Part shown: positions 32,792-44,782 of the stretch, one piece after another | Layout of the letters: the number at the start of each line of letters is the position of its first letter | Numbering within the stretch: the first letter of the stretch is position 1 | Assembly: GCA_041392555.1 (NCBI GenBank) | Contig: JAWKLW010000005.1 | Coordinates: 4,080 to 68,079, forward strand | Source: Saprospiraceae bacterium | GTDB lineage: Bacteria; Bacteroidota; Bacteroidia; Chitinophagales; Saprospiraceae | Length of the DNA: 64,000 nucleotides | Direction: 5' to 3' | Notes under the pieces: model-generated | Database searches by the model: none | What the model saw: only the letters and a program-made list of their open reading frames with translations | Told to the model about the DNA's origin: nothing | Translations under genes and position numbers: made by a program

Positions 32792-35056
32792 ATGAATAAT
32801 AATTTGGGTGTTTCCGTATCTTTCACATTACCAAATGGAAGGGAGATAACATTGGAAACAGGAAAATATGCAAAGCAAGCTGACGGATCTGTTATGCTTA
32901 AATCCAGAGATGTCGTTATACTTGCTACTGCCACCTCAAGTAGAGAAGCCAATGAAGCTCAATCATTCTTTCCATTGTCAGTTGATTATCAGGAAAAAAT
33001 TTTCTGCTGCAGGAAGAATACCAGGAAGTTTCTTTAGAAGAGAAGGTAAACTTTCAGACTATGAAGTACTTATTTCAAGATTAGTAGATAGAGCTATCAG
33101 ACCTTTATTTCCTGATAATAACATGAATGAAACACAGGTTTTCATAACACTTTTGTCTATGCAGATAAAGAAACTGTGCCAGATGCTTTAGCTGCTTTAG
33201 CTGCTTCTACTGCTCTTGCTGTTTCTGATATTCCATGGAATGGCCCAATCTCTGAAGTCAGAGTAGCTAAAATAAATGGAGAACTAGTGATTAACCCTAA
33301 TCGGTCTGAACTTCCTAATGCTACTATTGATTTAATTGTCGCAGCTTCTAAGGACAATGTCATGATGGTAGAAGGTGAGTCAAATGAAGTTAGCGAAGGA
33401 GAAATAGTAGAAGCTATTAAATTTGCTCACGAAGCTATTAAAGTTCAGGTGGAAGCACAATTGAAATTAGCTCAATTAGTAGGTGATAAAGCATTGAATA
33501 AAAGGGATATCCCTGAAGAAAATGAAAATAAAGAATTAAAAAATGACTTAGCTGAAGGTTTTAAGAGTAAAATCAAAGATGTAGCTAAAGGTGCTTATGG
33601 CAAACATGAAAGAAAATCTTTGTTAAAAGAAATTGAAACTGAGGCAAAAGAATTTTTCCTTGAAAAAAATGGTGAAGAATGGTATAATGAGAATAAAAGC
33701 TTAATATCAACATATTTTGATAAATTCAAAAAAGAAGTTTTCAGGGATTTAATTCTAAATGAAAATTTAAGACTTGATGGTAGAAATCCAGAACAAATTA
33801 GAAATATTTGGAGCGAAGTAGAAACTTTGCCTGCAAGCCATGGTTCAGCAGTATTTACAAGAGGTGAAACACAAGTATTATCCATCCTTACCTTAGGTAC
33901 AAAAATGGATCAGATAATGGTTGATAATGCTCTGGATAGTTATTATGACAACTTCATGCTTCATTATTCTTTCCCTGGTTTTTCTGTTGGTGAAGTTAAG
34001 CCTATGAGAGGTCCTGGAAGAAGAGAAGTAGGTCATGGTAATCTAGCAGGAAGATCTTTAAGAAAAGTATTACCTGAAGATTTTCCTTACACCATCCGAA
34101 TCACTTCTGATGTTTTGGAATCCAATGGAAGTTCATCTATGGCTACTGTTTGTAGTGGTAGTATGGCTCTTATGGATGCCGGAGTCCCCGTGAAAAATGG
34201 TGTTAGTGGTATAGCAATGGGTTTAATCACTGATGGTGAAAAATTTGTGGTTCTTTCAGATATTTTAGGCGATGAAGATGCCATAGGAGATATGGACTTC
34301 AAAGTAACTGGAACACAAAATGGTATCGTTGCTTGTCAAATGGATATCAAAATCGATGGATTACCTTACGAGATATTAGAAAAAGCACTAAAACAAGCAA
34401 ATGAGGGAAGGAAACATATTCTGAATGAAATGAATAAAACAATAGAAAAACCTGCAGATGACTTAAAACCTCATGCACCAAGAATTTCTGTTGTAATTAT
34501 TGATTCTAGTCAGATAGGAGAAGTTATCGGACCAGGAGGTAAAGTTATTCAGGAAATACAAAAAACCACCAATACTACTATCTCTATCACTGAAGAAGAT
34601 GACAAAGGAATTGTTCATATTTTCAGCTCTAATAAAGATGATATAGAAAGTGCAATGAAAGCCATAAACAATATCACATATGTTCCTCAAGTAGGAGATG
34701 TATATGATGCAGTTGTAAAAACTATAATGCCTTTCGGTGTTTTTGTAGAATTTCTTGGCAAAAGAAGTGGTTTAATTCACGTTTCAGAGTTATCTTATTC
34801 AAGAATTGAAAATGTGGAAGAGGCTGTAAGTATAGGTGACAAATTCCAGGTAAAATATATCGGTATCGATCCAAAATCCAAAAAAATGAGATTGAGTCGT
34901 AAAGCTCTTTTACCGAAACCTGACTATATTAAAGATGACAATCAATCTGGTGAGAGAAAAAACTACAATCAAAGAGGTGGAGGAGACAGAAACTCTAACT
35001 ATAAGCCACGAAATAATGACAATAGAAGACCACCTAAAAAAGACAATGAACAGTAA
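32792..35056 (+). CDS. pnp: polyribonucleotide nucleotidyltransferase (PNPase), two frameshifts near the 5' end
   Basis: ORFs 32792..33037, 32868..33191 and 33176..35056 are collinear. Motifs: [11 protein letters not shown]|[37 protein letters not shown], and KH and S1 domains at the C-terminus. Confidence 0.9.
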
Positions 35057-35066
35057 TGTAAATAAA

Positions 35067-35099
35067 TAAAAAAGCAGTGAAAATTCACTGCTTTTTTTT
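35067..35099. terminator. bidirectional intrinsic terminator between pnp and the convergent gene
   Basis: A6-agcagtga[aaat]tcactgct-T8. Confidence 0.75.
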
Positions 35100-36030
35100 A
35101 TTCCATAATTATATTTTCCTTTACTGTCATCAATGAGTCAATCTTATTTTCTGACGATGATATCTTACCCAAAATCTCATTTCTAACTCTTTTAATACTT
35201 TGAAATAATGATTCTGTATTTTCAATGCCATTAGCTAAATCTCGTTTTAAAACAAAATCTGAAAGTATATTGTCGAAAAACATCCCGAAATCATTTTCAA
35301 ATCTAATCGAAGGCATTACAAGATCATTCATATGAATTCCAATACTTCTAAGATCTGAAACATAATTATTTACCAATATCTGTACATTCCTAAGATAATC
35401 TTTTGCCCTGCCAACAATCATAGCCTTATTACTAAAACTCCTTCTATGTCTATGTCTATTCCAATTTAATGAACTTTCAATATCTCTCAAAGAGGCACTG
35501 AGCAATGTGAGATTTTGTAAAATATTATCAGAAATTTCTAGTAAATTATTACATTTATTTTGAAATAATTTCTCTTCTTTTATATCACTAAGAACATTTT
35601 TCAAAGCAAGTCCTTTATCTCCGGAATCATCCAGCAATTCATTTTCTCGCTTTATCATCAATGAATCCAATTCATTATTCAAGACATTCAATTCATCAAT
35701 CTTTCTGTTCAATATACCGACTTCATACTCTATAGCACTTTTTTCAGATTTTAATTGATCATAATTTTTAGATAATTTATAGTATTCATTGCGTTTCAAT
35801 TCCAATGTAGCCTTTTTATCAATAAAAGCAGATTTAATCAATCCTGTAATTGAAAAACCTTGCAAATTCTCTATCTCCACATGGAGTTTTTCCAGTTTAG
35901 TAAGAGTATTACTAATCTGAGTATTGACCGAATTAAGATTATTGTCAGCTCTTAAAAGTTCACTTTCAACAACTTTAATATCACCTATCTTCTTTGTTAT
36001 TTCCCTGATTCTAATACTTATTTCAGACAC
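35098..36030 (-). CDS. hypothetical coiled-coil protein
   Basis: An intact 310-aa ORF with heptad-rich sequence. No family recognised. Confidence 0.5.
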   Translation of the reverse strand: MSEISIRIREITKKIGDIKVVESELLRADNNLNSVNTQISNTLTKLEKLHVEIENLQGFSITGLIKSAFIDKKATLELKRNEYYKLSKNYDQLKSEKSAIEYEVGILNRKIDELNVLNNELDSLMIKRENELLDDSGDKGLALKNVLSDIKEEKLFQNKCNNLLEISDNILQNLTLLSASLRDIESSLNWNRHRHRRSFSNKAMIVGRAKDYLRNVQILVNNYVSDLRSIGIHMNDLVMPSIRFENDFGMFFDNILSDFVLKRDLANGIENTESLFQSIKRVRNEILGKISSSENKIDSLMTVKENIIME

Positions 36031-36248
36031 AATATCATTTTTTTTTCAAAAATACAAAAAATAAATCATCCAAAGTTAAGAGTTTATAATAAAGCAAATT
36101 ATAATTTGCAAATTAATAAAAAATAAAACAGTTAATCTTGATAAATATTTTTTTTTTTAAATATTTAATTAATTTTGACGTATTTAATCATATATAAAAT
36201 TAAATTTAATAATTTTACATTTATTTAAAATTTAAAATCATAAAAATA

Positions 36249-36989
36249 ATGGGAATTTTAAATGTTATTAAAAATATATTATTTGGTTCTAAAAAGGACT
36301 CCGATAAAAACGAAAATTTGACTACACCTATTGTAGGTGACAAATCTGATCACTTATTGGAAGTAAATGAAGACCATAAATCAGAGTCTTTTAATAAAGT
36401 TATAGAGCAGGACAATACTAAGACTTCAATTATTGATAAGATTGCTGATAGTGAATTTGTAAAAAAATCCGGAGAGTTTGCTGAGAAAGCTACGGATGCA
36501 ATATTGGATACTGGAGAAAAATTTATGGATAAAACTAAAGAGTTTGCCGCAGGTCCCGGAAAAGAAATGCTGGATAAATTCGGTAATGCTTCAGAAGCAA
36601 TAGGAGAAAAAATAATCTCAGGTGGAAATGTCATTAAAGATAAAGTGACTGATATAATGGATGATATCGGAGACAAAATGGATGAAACCATTGACAAAGC
36701 AAAAGATTTCTCCAATAAGACAGAAAAAAAATCAGACTTTGCAGAAACAGAATTTAATGTCAAAGACTCCGAACTCAATGACAAAGAAGACTTTTTCAAC
36801 AAAGCTGACAAATTTTCAAAAGGAGACTACTCAAATGAAGCTAAAGTTACTGTAACTCAACCAGAAAAAACCAATAAAAATACAGATTCAATAACTAAAA
36901 TATCAGGATTTGACGATAAGGATAACGACGGAGACACATTGATTGACGATGCAGATATAATAGAAGATGATATTGAAAAAACAATATAA
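36249..36989 (+). CDS. hypothetical acidic, low-complexity protein
   Basis: An intact 246-aa ORF, D/E/K-rich with repeated DK..F..K helices. The antisense ORF 36350..36811 is treated as a shadow. Confidence 0.45.
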   Translation: MGILNVIKNILFGSKKDSDKNENLTTPIVGDKSDHLLEVNEDHKSESFNKVIEQDNTKTSIIDKIADSEFVKKSGEFAEKATDAILDTGEKFMDKTKEFAAGPGKEMLDKFGNASEAIGEKIISGGNVIKDKVTDIMDDIGDKMDETIDKAKDFSNKTEKKSDFAETEFNVKDSELNDKEDFFNKADKFSKGDYSNEAKVTVTQPEKTNKNTDSITKISGFDDKDNDGDTLIDDADIIEDDIEKTI

Positions 36990-37052
36990 TTTTCATATCA
37001 GGCAACTTTTTTATTAACAATAATATCTAACAATTAACTAGGTACTTGAAAC

Positions 37053-37597
37053 TTGGATTTGGAATTATCAGATAAAGATATAATTTCAGGCTGTTTAAAA
37101 CATGACCGAGCAAGTCAGAAAGCATTATTTGATAAATATTCAGGTGTGATGAAAACCGTCTGTTTAAGATATCTTGGAGGGAATGAAGATGATGCTAATG
37201 ATATATTGCAAGACGGATTTATTTTGTATTTGAAAATTTGAAATCTTATAAATTTCAAGGGTCATTTGAAGGATGGATTAGAAAAATCATGGTAAATTTG
37301 TGCTTAAAACACCTTAATAAAAATAAAGCTATTGAAATAGAGAACCTGGATAAATTATATAAGTATAAAGAAACGGAATCAGATATTGTAGAAAAAATGA
37401 CATCTAAACAATTATTAAATAACATTTTAACAATGCCAGTGGGATACAGAACTGTGTTCAATTTATTTGTAATAGAAGGATATAGCCACAAGGAAATTGC
37501 AAAAAATCTAAAGATAGAAGAAAGCACTTCCAGGTCACAGTTAGCTAAAGCAAAATTATTTTTGAAAAATAATCTTAATGAAAATGATTTTTCATGA
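37053..37597 (+). CDS. ECF (sigma-70 family) RNA polymerase sigma factor, one frameshift
   Basis: DILQDGFIL|(V)FENLKSYKFQGSFEGWIRKI joins ORFs 37053..37241 and 37238..37597 if a G is restored near 37219. Region 4 reads GYSHKEIAKNLKIEESTSRSQLAKAK. Confidence 0.8.
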
Positions 37598-38995
37598 AAA
37601 ATAAATTAGAGAAATCATATAACGACGCTATTTATAACTATAAATCTGAAGTTCCGGATTCAATCTGGGAAAATATTGAAGCTATTCTCGATAAGAAAAA
37701 GAAAAACAGGAGAATTTTATTATGGTGTTTATTGGCTGTACTTTTTATTTCTGGTGGCATAGCAAGTTGGATTTTTATTAACTCAGGAACTAATAATGAT
37801 AATAATAAAAATAATAATGTAAATTATGTTGCTTCTACCACTCCGCTAAATCAATCAAATGACACAAAATCTATTGATAACATTGTTGATTCAGAAATAA
37901 ATTCAAATACACAAAATCTGAATGAAAATTTATATTCAAAAAATAATACTATTAATAATTTAGAGACTATTATTGATAATTCAAAGAATCATGAAAAATT
38001 GAATTATAGAGAAAATTACTCTGAAGATAATATAGCAGATAATACAATAATTGAAGAAACAAATGACAAAAACATTCTAAATTTGTCACAAAATAGAAGT
38101 CAATATGTTTATAACAAAATTGATATAATACCTTTTTCAGAATTAACCACCAACTCTGACCTACTAATCCTCAAAAACAATTTAAAACACAAGTTAAAGT
38201 ATAATTCAAATAAGAAACATAAAAAAGTTTTAGACGATTGCTTTCCTACAGACAATAAGCTTTGGTTCGCTGAAATATATTTTACACCTTCATATCCCAA
38301 CCAGATATTAAGTGGAGAATACACAGCATACCTAAAACAACGACAAAATACCGAAAGTCCATTATTATCCTATTCAACCGGAATAAGACTTGGATATATG
38401 TTCAAGAATGCTTCAATAAAGACAGGTTTTGATTATACACAAGTAAATGAAAAATTCAAAATCACTATAAAAAATGTAGAAAGTACTCAAACTATTATCA
38501 CAATAGATACTATTATGAATAATGATGGAACATATTTCATCAGAAGGGACACTACAATAAAAGAAATATATGGCGAGGAAGAATTTAAAAAGTTAAATAG
38601 ATATAAAACTATAAATGTACCGATAATCTTAGGATATAATATTAAGTATAATAAACATAAATTTGGAATCAATGCAGGTATTCTTATGAATATTTCCTTC
38701 AAAAGGAAAGGATACTTTATTTCTTGCAGCAGGAAATATTGTAGATATTACTGATCCCGAAAATATTACATTCAAAAATAAAATTGGATTATCTTTATAT
38801 ACAGGATTAGAATATAATTACTATTTAAATAGTAGTTCAGTTTTATTCATTGAACCAGCATTTGTTTTTAATTTGAAATCCATAACAAAATCTGATTATC
38901 CTTTAAGTCAAAAATATAATTTATACGGACTTTCATTTGGGTGCCAGAAAATTATTTTAAATATTAATTTTAATTGTTCAGGCAACATTTATTAA
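37594..38995 (+). CDS. anti-sigma-like membrane protein with C-terminal beta-barrel-like region, one frameshift
   Basis: Overlaps the sigma gene stop (ATGA). One TM helix (RRILLWCLLAVLFISGGIASWIFI) and an Asn-rich linker. The frame changes near 38705 and continues ...GLEYNYYLNSSSVLFIEPAFVFNLKS...YGLSFG to 38995. Confidence 0.5.
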
Positions 38996-39029
38996 CTAAA
39001 TAATATCTGACTATTGAAAACATAGAAAA

Positions 39030-39942
39030 GTGAAAAGTATATTTATATATATTACTATTTTTAGTTATAAGTTTGACATCTTGTGTTGAAGAATATGAAA
39101 TATTTCACCCATATAGAAATACAACATTGAGTTATTTATCTGAACTTCACCTGAGTTATAATTATTCAATCTTCAAAAACAGTAAAGGAATAGAAATATA
39201 TGATTCACATTACCATAAGATTCTGATTCCTGAAAATTCTTTTTCATCATCTGAAGATAGTATAATTGTTAAATGGAGAATATTAAATAATGCAGGGCAA
39301 TTTATCAGCACCAGATCAAGTCTTAATGATTCAGAAAACCAAATAATCTCCGATGCCAGCATAATAAATTTACAGTTTTTCAATAAATCAGGAAATTCAG
39401 TAACACAAATCAAACCAGTATTACTTTATATTCCATACAATTACAATCAAAATCATAAATTATTCAGAACATCAAATTCAGTATGGTACAAAACCACTTT
39501 ACAAACCGATATTTTAGAATATTCTGACTGGACAACTACAATAAATGAAACTGTAGAAAATCAATCCGGATATAAGATTTCAATCATGAATGAGGGAACA
39601 TTATGCATTGGAATTTGCAATGAATTTGATACCGGATTCTCTGGAATAAAAGTTGAATTACCGGATGAATTTAATGTTGACAATTCTATTGTCCAAATAT
39701 CAGTACCGGATACAAATATCAATATAGAAATGGATTGGAACAGTGAACTTAAATTATTTGTATTGCCTGAAAATATTATTTTTCCATACAACTCTATGAA
39801 TATCACAGTATTGGCTGAGGACACCGACAATAATCCATTTTTTGGTATGAAATATGCAGTAATTGATGAGGAGAACCCTGTATTTATTGATTTGGATCAA
39901 GTAAAAATTGAAGAAATAAAAACAATATTAAACTCTATATAG
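39030..39942 (+). CDS. hypothetical lipoprotein, frameshift in a (TA)n run in the signal peptide
   Basis: GTG 39030 gives KSIFIYI, then ILLFLVISLTSC in the frame of ORF 39073..39942. Confidence 0.45.
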
Positions 39943-39967
39943 TTAAAAGATTTATGTAAATGGGAGC

Positions 39968-40006
39968 GCCTGTCCGGGATAAAAGAATTTTGGGCAGGCT
40001 TTTTTT
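39968..40006 (+). terminator. intrinsic terminator
   Basis: gcctgtcc...gggcaggc stem followed by T7. It overlaps the recG stop codon. Confidence 0.55.
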
Positions 40007-42131
40007 ATGAAATTCTACTCCAATCCTTAAACATCTGTTTATTTTCGATTATATATTTTCTTAGTTTAAAATTTTCAGGTAATTCTATTTTAGGATCTTT
40101 TGATAATATATTAATGCATAAATCCCTTATTTTTACCATTATTTTTTCATCAGCTATAATATTACTCATTTTCAAATCCAGCAATCCACTTTGTCTCAAT
40201 CCTTCAATATCACCGGGTCCTCTTAATTTCAAATCAGCTTCAGCTATTTCAAACCCATTATTGGTACCGACCATAGTTTTAATTCGCTCCTTCGCTTCTG
40301 CCGATAATTTATATTTAGTCATCAATATACAATAGGATTTAGCACTTCCTCTCCCTACCCTTCCTCTCAATTGATGCAATTGCGACAGCCCGAATCTTTC
40401 TGCATTTTCTATGACCATGACTGAAGCATTAGGCACATCAACACCAACTTCAATGACGGTAGTGCTAACAAGAATTTGGGTTTTCCCTTCCTTAAATCTT
40501 ATCATCTCATAATCCTTATCCTGCGTTGCCATCCTACCATGCACTATACTCATTTGATATTCAGGTCTCGGAAAGTATTGCAGCATCATCTCATATCCTT
40601 CTTGAAGATTCATCAAATCAAGTTTTTCCGATTCTTCTATTAGAGGATATACAACATAAACCTGTCTTCCATCTTTGATCTGAGATTTTATAAAAGATAT
40701 TAATTTCATCCTTCGGGCATCAAATAAATGCAATGTCTGAATTTCCTTTCTTCCCGGAGGAAGTTCATCTATCACTGACACATCGAGATCACCATATAGA
40801 GTCATACTCAATGTGCGAGGTATAGGCGTAGCTGTCATCACAAGTATATGAGGAGGTATCAACTCTGTTTTTCGCCACATAGCAGCCCTCTGTTTAACTC
40901 CAAACCTGTGTTGTTCATCTATAATTGCAATTCCAAGATTGTAGAATTCCACAGTGTCCTCTATAAGTGCATGAGTACCTATAAGGATATCAATAGCACC
41001 AAATTTAGTCGATGACAAAATATTTTTCCTCGCTTTCCCTTTAACACTTCCTGACATGAAACCAATATTGAGATTCATGCCTTTCACAAGGTTAGAAATG
41101 GAAGTATAATGCTGAGTAGCTAATATCTCTGTAGGTGCCATTAAACAAGCCTGAAATCCATTATCTATAGCTATCAGCATAATCATTAGAGCCACAATCG
41201 TTTTCCCGCTTCCAACATCACCCTGCAATAATCTATTCATGTGGATTCCACTCTGAAGATCACGACGAATTTCTTTTATAACTCTCTTTTGAGCCCCAGT
41301 CAATTCAAATTGTAAATTATTATTATAAAAGTAATTAAATTTTTCTCCTACTTTATCAAACACTATCCCTTTGACTTTGCGGTTGATTACAAGTTTGTTG
41401 AAAATCAATCTAAATTGCATAAAAAATAGTTCATCAAACTTCAAGCGCAATCTGGCAACATGCAATTCCTGATCAGTTTTGGGAAAATGAATTGATTTTA
41501 AAGCGGTATCTAAATCTATTAATTTATATTTTTCCAAAATGTAATCCGGAATATTATCATCAAAATGAATATGCTTTACCTTTTCAAGCAGATTTTCAGT
41601 AATCTTGGAAAGATTTCTTCCATTTAAACCAGCCTTTGACAATCTTTCAGTTGAATTATAAAGAGGAGATAAATGACCGAAATTAGAAATATCAGATTTA
41701 TCTGAATTTAATTCTTCAATATCAGGATGAATCATTTTATTATGAGACCCTCCTTTTTCTACCTTACCGAAAAAAATATATTCTTTCCCTACTACAAGTT
41801 GATTTTCCACCCACTTTACTCCTTGAAACCAAATCAATTCAACTAATCCATAATTATCTCTAACTATTACATGCAATCTATATTTATTATTTGCTCCTTT
41901 TATTTTATCAATTTCATCCACCTTAGCTTTTATCTGATACAATGTCTTATCATCAGTCATTTCATTAGATTTATGAAATACAGTTCTATCTAGATATCTA
42001 TATGGAAAATAAAACAATAAGTCCTTAAACGTAAAGATATTCAATTCTTTACGCAAAAATTCAGCTCTTCGAGGTCCTACACCTTTCAGAAATTCAATGG
42101 AAGTATTTAGTATTTCTTTAGAATTATCCAA
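40005..42131 (-). CDS. recG: ATP-dependent DNA helicase RecG
   Basis: Intact 708 aa with LQGDVGSGKT, DEQHRFG, and a QLHQLRGRVGRG motif. Confidence 0.92.
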   Translation of the reverse strand: MDNSKEILNTSIEFLKGVGPRRAEFLRKELNIFTFKDLLFYFPYRYLDRTVFHKSNEMTDDKTLYQIKAKVDEIDKIKGANNKYRLHVIVRDNYGLVELIWFQGVKWVENQLVVGKEYIFFGKVEKGGSHNKMIHPDIEELNSDKSDISNFGHLSPLYNSTERLSKAGLNGRNLSKITENLLEKVKHIHFDDNIPDYILEKYKLIDLDTALKSIHFPKTDQELHVARLRLKFDELFFMQFRLIFNKLVINRKVKGIVFDKVGEKFNYFYNNNLQFELTGAQKRVIKEIRRDLQSGIHMNRLLQGDVGSGKTIVALMIMLIAIDNGFQACLMAPTEILATQHYTSISNLVKGMNLNIGFMSGSVKGKARKNILSSTKFGAIDILIGTHALIEDTVEFYNLGIAIIDEQHRFGVKQRAAMWRKTELIPPHILVMTATPIPRTLSMTLYGDLDVSVIDELPPGRKEIQTLHLFDARRMKLISFIKSQIKDGRQVYVVYPLIEESEKLDLMNLQEGYEMMLQYFPRPEYQMSIVHGRMATQDKDYEMIRFKEGKTQILVSTTVIEVGVDVPNASVMVIENAERFGLSQLHQLRGRVGRGSAKSYCILMTKYKLSAEAKERIKTMVGTNNGFEIAEADLKLRGPGDIEGLRQSGLLDLKMSNIIADEKIMVKIRDLCINILSKDPKIELPENFKLRKYIIENKQMFKDWSRIS

Positions 42132-42208
42132 AATTATTTTTTAAAATTGTAAAAATAATTAATATTTTGTAACAAAGAACAATTAGAGAGCGTCAGAAAC
42201 ATATAGCT

Positions 42209-42715
42209 ATGGGGAAAGAAGACTTTTTATTAGCTTATAAGGATAAATTTTACAGATTCGCATTGAGAATGACCAATGACGAATTCGATGCTGAAGATAT
42301 CATGCAAGAGCTTGCCATTAAAATATGGCAGATGGGTGATGATTTTGATAAAATCGAAAATAAAGAAGCATGGTGTATGTCTGTAACAAGAAATCTGGCT
42401 ATTGACAAAATCAGAGATCGAAAAAGGAAAAGTACTGACAGTATCGAAACTGCAATTTACACTGAAAGCAGTGATGAAACAAGTCCTCAAAAACAACTTG
42501 AAAACAATGACCTTTTAGCAAATTTAAAGAAATTAATAGATTCAATGCCGGAAAATCATAAAACTGTCATTCAACTAAGAGAAATTGAAGAAATGAGCTA
42601 TAAGGAAATTGCTGATGTAATGGATACTGATATTCAAAATGTTAAAGTTACTTTATTCAGAGCAAGAAAAGTTCTGCAACAATTGCTCATCGAATCAAAG
42701 TTGAAATTGAATTAA
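42209..42715 (+). CDS. ECF RNA polymerase sigma factor
   Basis: 168 aa with DAEDIMQE (region 2) and MSYKEIADVMDTDIQNVKVTLFRARK (region 4). Confidence 0.8.
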   Translation: MGKEDFLLAYKDKFYRFALRMTNDEFDAEDIMQELAIKIWQMGDDFDKIENKEAWCMSVTRNLAIDKIRDRKRKSTDSIETAIYTESSDETSPQKQLENNDLLANLKKLIDSMPENHKTVIQLREIEEMSYKEIADVMDTDIQNVKVTLFRARKVLQQLLIESKLKLN

Positions 42716-42763
42716 TAATTATTAAAATAGATTTAAAATCAATTAATTATAAAATTATAATAA

Positions 42764-43198
42764 ATGACCGATATTAATAAATTAATTGAAAAATATTGGA
42801 ATGGTGATACTTCTTTAGAAGAAGAAAGTGAATTACGCAATTTTCTTAAAAAGGATAATTCTCAGGAATTTGAAGATTTAAAAACAATGTTTCTATTTTT
42901 TGAAAATGAAAAACAAATTAGCTTCGATAAAGAATTTAAACCTGCACAAAGTAAAGTAATAAAACATAATTTTAGAAAAAATATAGCTATTGCAGCAAGT
43001 ATTATTATATTGATTTTTTCCGGAATTTTGATCTTTAATACTAATTCAAATCATCAGACTAAAAATATAACCAATCCTGATGAAGCGATGAAAGTTTCAC
43101 AAGAGGCTTTGAATTTATTAGCATTGAATTTCAACAAAGGAGAAAAAAACATAAAAGAAAATATCATTAATTTAGATAAACTTGATATTTTTAAATAA
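42764..43198 (+). CDS. putative anti-sigma factor (single-pass membrane protein)
   Basis: 144 aa with a central TM helix (IAIAASIIILIFSGILIF). It sits between the ECF sigma gene and the DUF4252 gene. Confidence 0.45.
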   Translation: MTDINKLIEKYWNGDTSLEEESELRNFLKKDNSQEFEDLKTMFLFFENEKQISFDKEFKPAQSKVIKHNFRKNIAIAASIIILIFSGILIFNTNSNHQTKNITNPDEAMKVSQEALNLLALNFNKGEKNIKENIINLDKLDIFK

Positions 43199-43250
43199 GG
43201 TATTAGCTCTATAACTTTAAAAGTAATAATGAAATAAAAATAAAACAATT

Positions 43251-43760
43251 ATGAGAAAAACATTCTATTTTATCATTCTAATTGTGATTTCATCAATTAA
43301 TACAGCTCTTTCACAATCAAATTCTATAGATAAGTTCTTTAGTAAAGAAGCAAACAATTCTAATTTCACTCAGGTTGTAGTTTCTGATAAAATGCTTGGA
43401 ATGCTTTCAGAAAAGGAAGGATATGACCAAGAGATAAAAGATATATTGTCAAAATTAAATGGATTGAATATACTGAAAACAGAAAAATCTCCAAATGATT
43501 TTTTCAATTTAGCTAAGTCAAAATACAAAAGTTCCAACTATGAAGAATTGATGTCTGTGAAGGACCATGGTAGCAATGTTGTATTCTATTCTACAGGTTC
43601 CAATGGCAGAACCGTCAAAGAATTAGTGATGCTCATAGGTAATACTAGTCAAACCGTTTTGATGAGTTTCACCGGTAATATAAATTTGGATGAAATATCA
43701 AAATTGGGTCAAGCTCTTGACATTCAAGGAGCTGATAAGCTAAAAGAATTAGGAAAATAA
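43251..43760 (+). CDS. DUF4252 domain-containing protein
   Basis: A signal peptide, and its length and position match the common Bacteroidota sigma/anti-sigma/DUF4252 triad. Confidence 0.55.
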   Translation: MRKTFYFIILIVISSINTALSQSNSIDKFFSKEANNSNFTQVVVSDKMLGMLSEKEGYDQEIKDILSKLNGLNILKTEKSPNDFFNLAKSKYKSSNYEELMSVKDHGSNVVFYSTGSNGRTVKELVMLIGNTSQTVLMSFTGNINLDEISKLGQALDIQGADKLKELGK

Positions 43761-43766
43761 ATTGGT

Positions 43767-44782
43767 TTATTTTTTCAAAAACCATTTGTAATTCACAAAC
43801 AAATCCTTGAAAACTTCATATTGCACAAGGAATAAATCTCCATTTTCATCTTGAGCAATATACCTGAGTATATTTTGGTTCAGATACTTATCTATTCCCT
43901 GAAGTTGATCTTGAATTTCCTCATCCAAAAGTGGAATCAAATAAAAAGTCAGAGTCTTCTCTTTACCATTATTCAATATCAACCCTAATTTCACAATTGG
44001 ATCACGACTCAGAACCTCATCTTTATTGTCCATAGAGTTTTCAATGTATTCTGCTCCCTTATCTTTAAATCCTAAGAGATATGTTTCAGCAACTTCAGAA
44101 TTCATTTTTACAAAATTAGAATTTTTTCCAAGTTTGGAAACCACAAAACCATCACCTTCTCTTTTAAATCAAAAGATTCATCAGGAGAAATCAGATAATC
44201 CATCTTAACTTCATTGATCGAAGAAGGATCTATTGCATAAATAGTTTTATCTCTCCATTCATCGAGTATAAGAAAATCTCACCTTAAGATTTCCAGTAAA
44301 TCCCGGCATAGTCATAACTAAAGGGCTTGCTGCACCAGTCATCAAAAAATATGTGCCAATGCTGTTCTGTGGAGATCCTCCAACATAATATGATTTTAGT
44401 ATTTCTCCATCTTTATTGTAAATCTCAGCCTTGATACCACCATAGGTCATTTCGTGATAATATTTTTTACTGCAGCATCAGGTGGAACATAATCAATTCT
44501 GATGTTTTTTATTACACTCAATAAATTATTAATCATAAGTCTATCTGCAATATATTTATCATTGACTTTCCATTTATCACCATCTCTCTCTAATTTCACC
44601 GTAGTCCCATTTCTCTGATACAACATAATTTTTCCAATATCATCTGTATTTTCAATTGGGAATTCCCTGTATGAAAAATCATAAGAATTATCTTGGTTTG
44701 TAGATTTATTATTGGTAAGATACCAGGTTAATCCTCCTAAAACTATCAAAATTAGTAATAAAATATATTTATTTATTTTCAT
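43767..44782 (-). pseudogene. DUF4340-like protein, two frameshifts
   Basis: Collinear ORFs 44447..44782 (N-terminal TM helix), 44259..44450 and 43767..44144. The start overlaps the upstream stop (TAATG). Confidence 0.5.
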
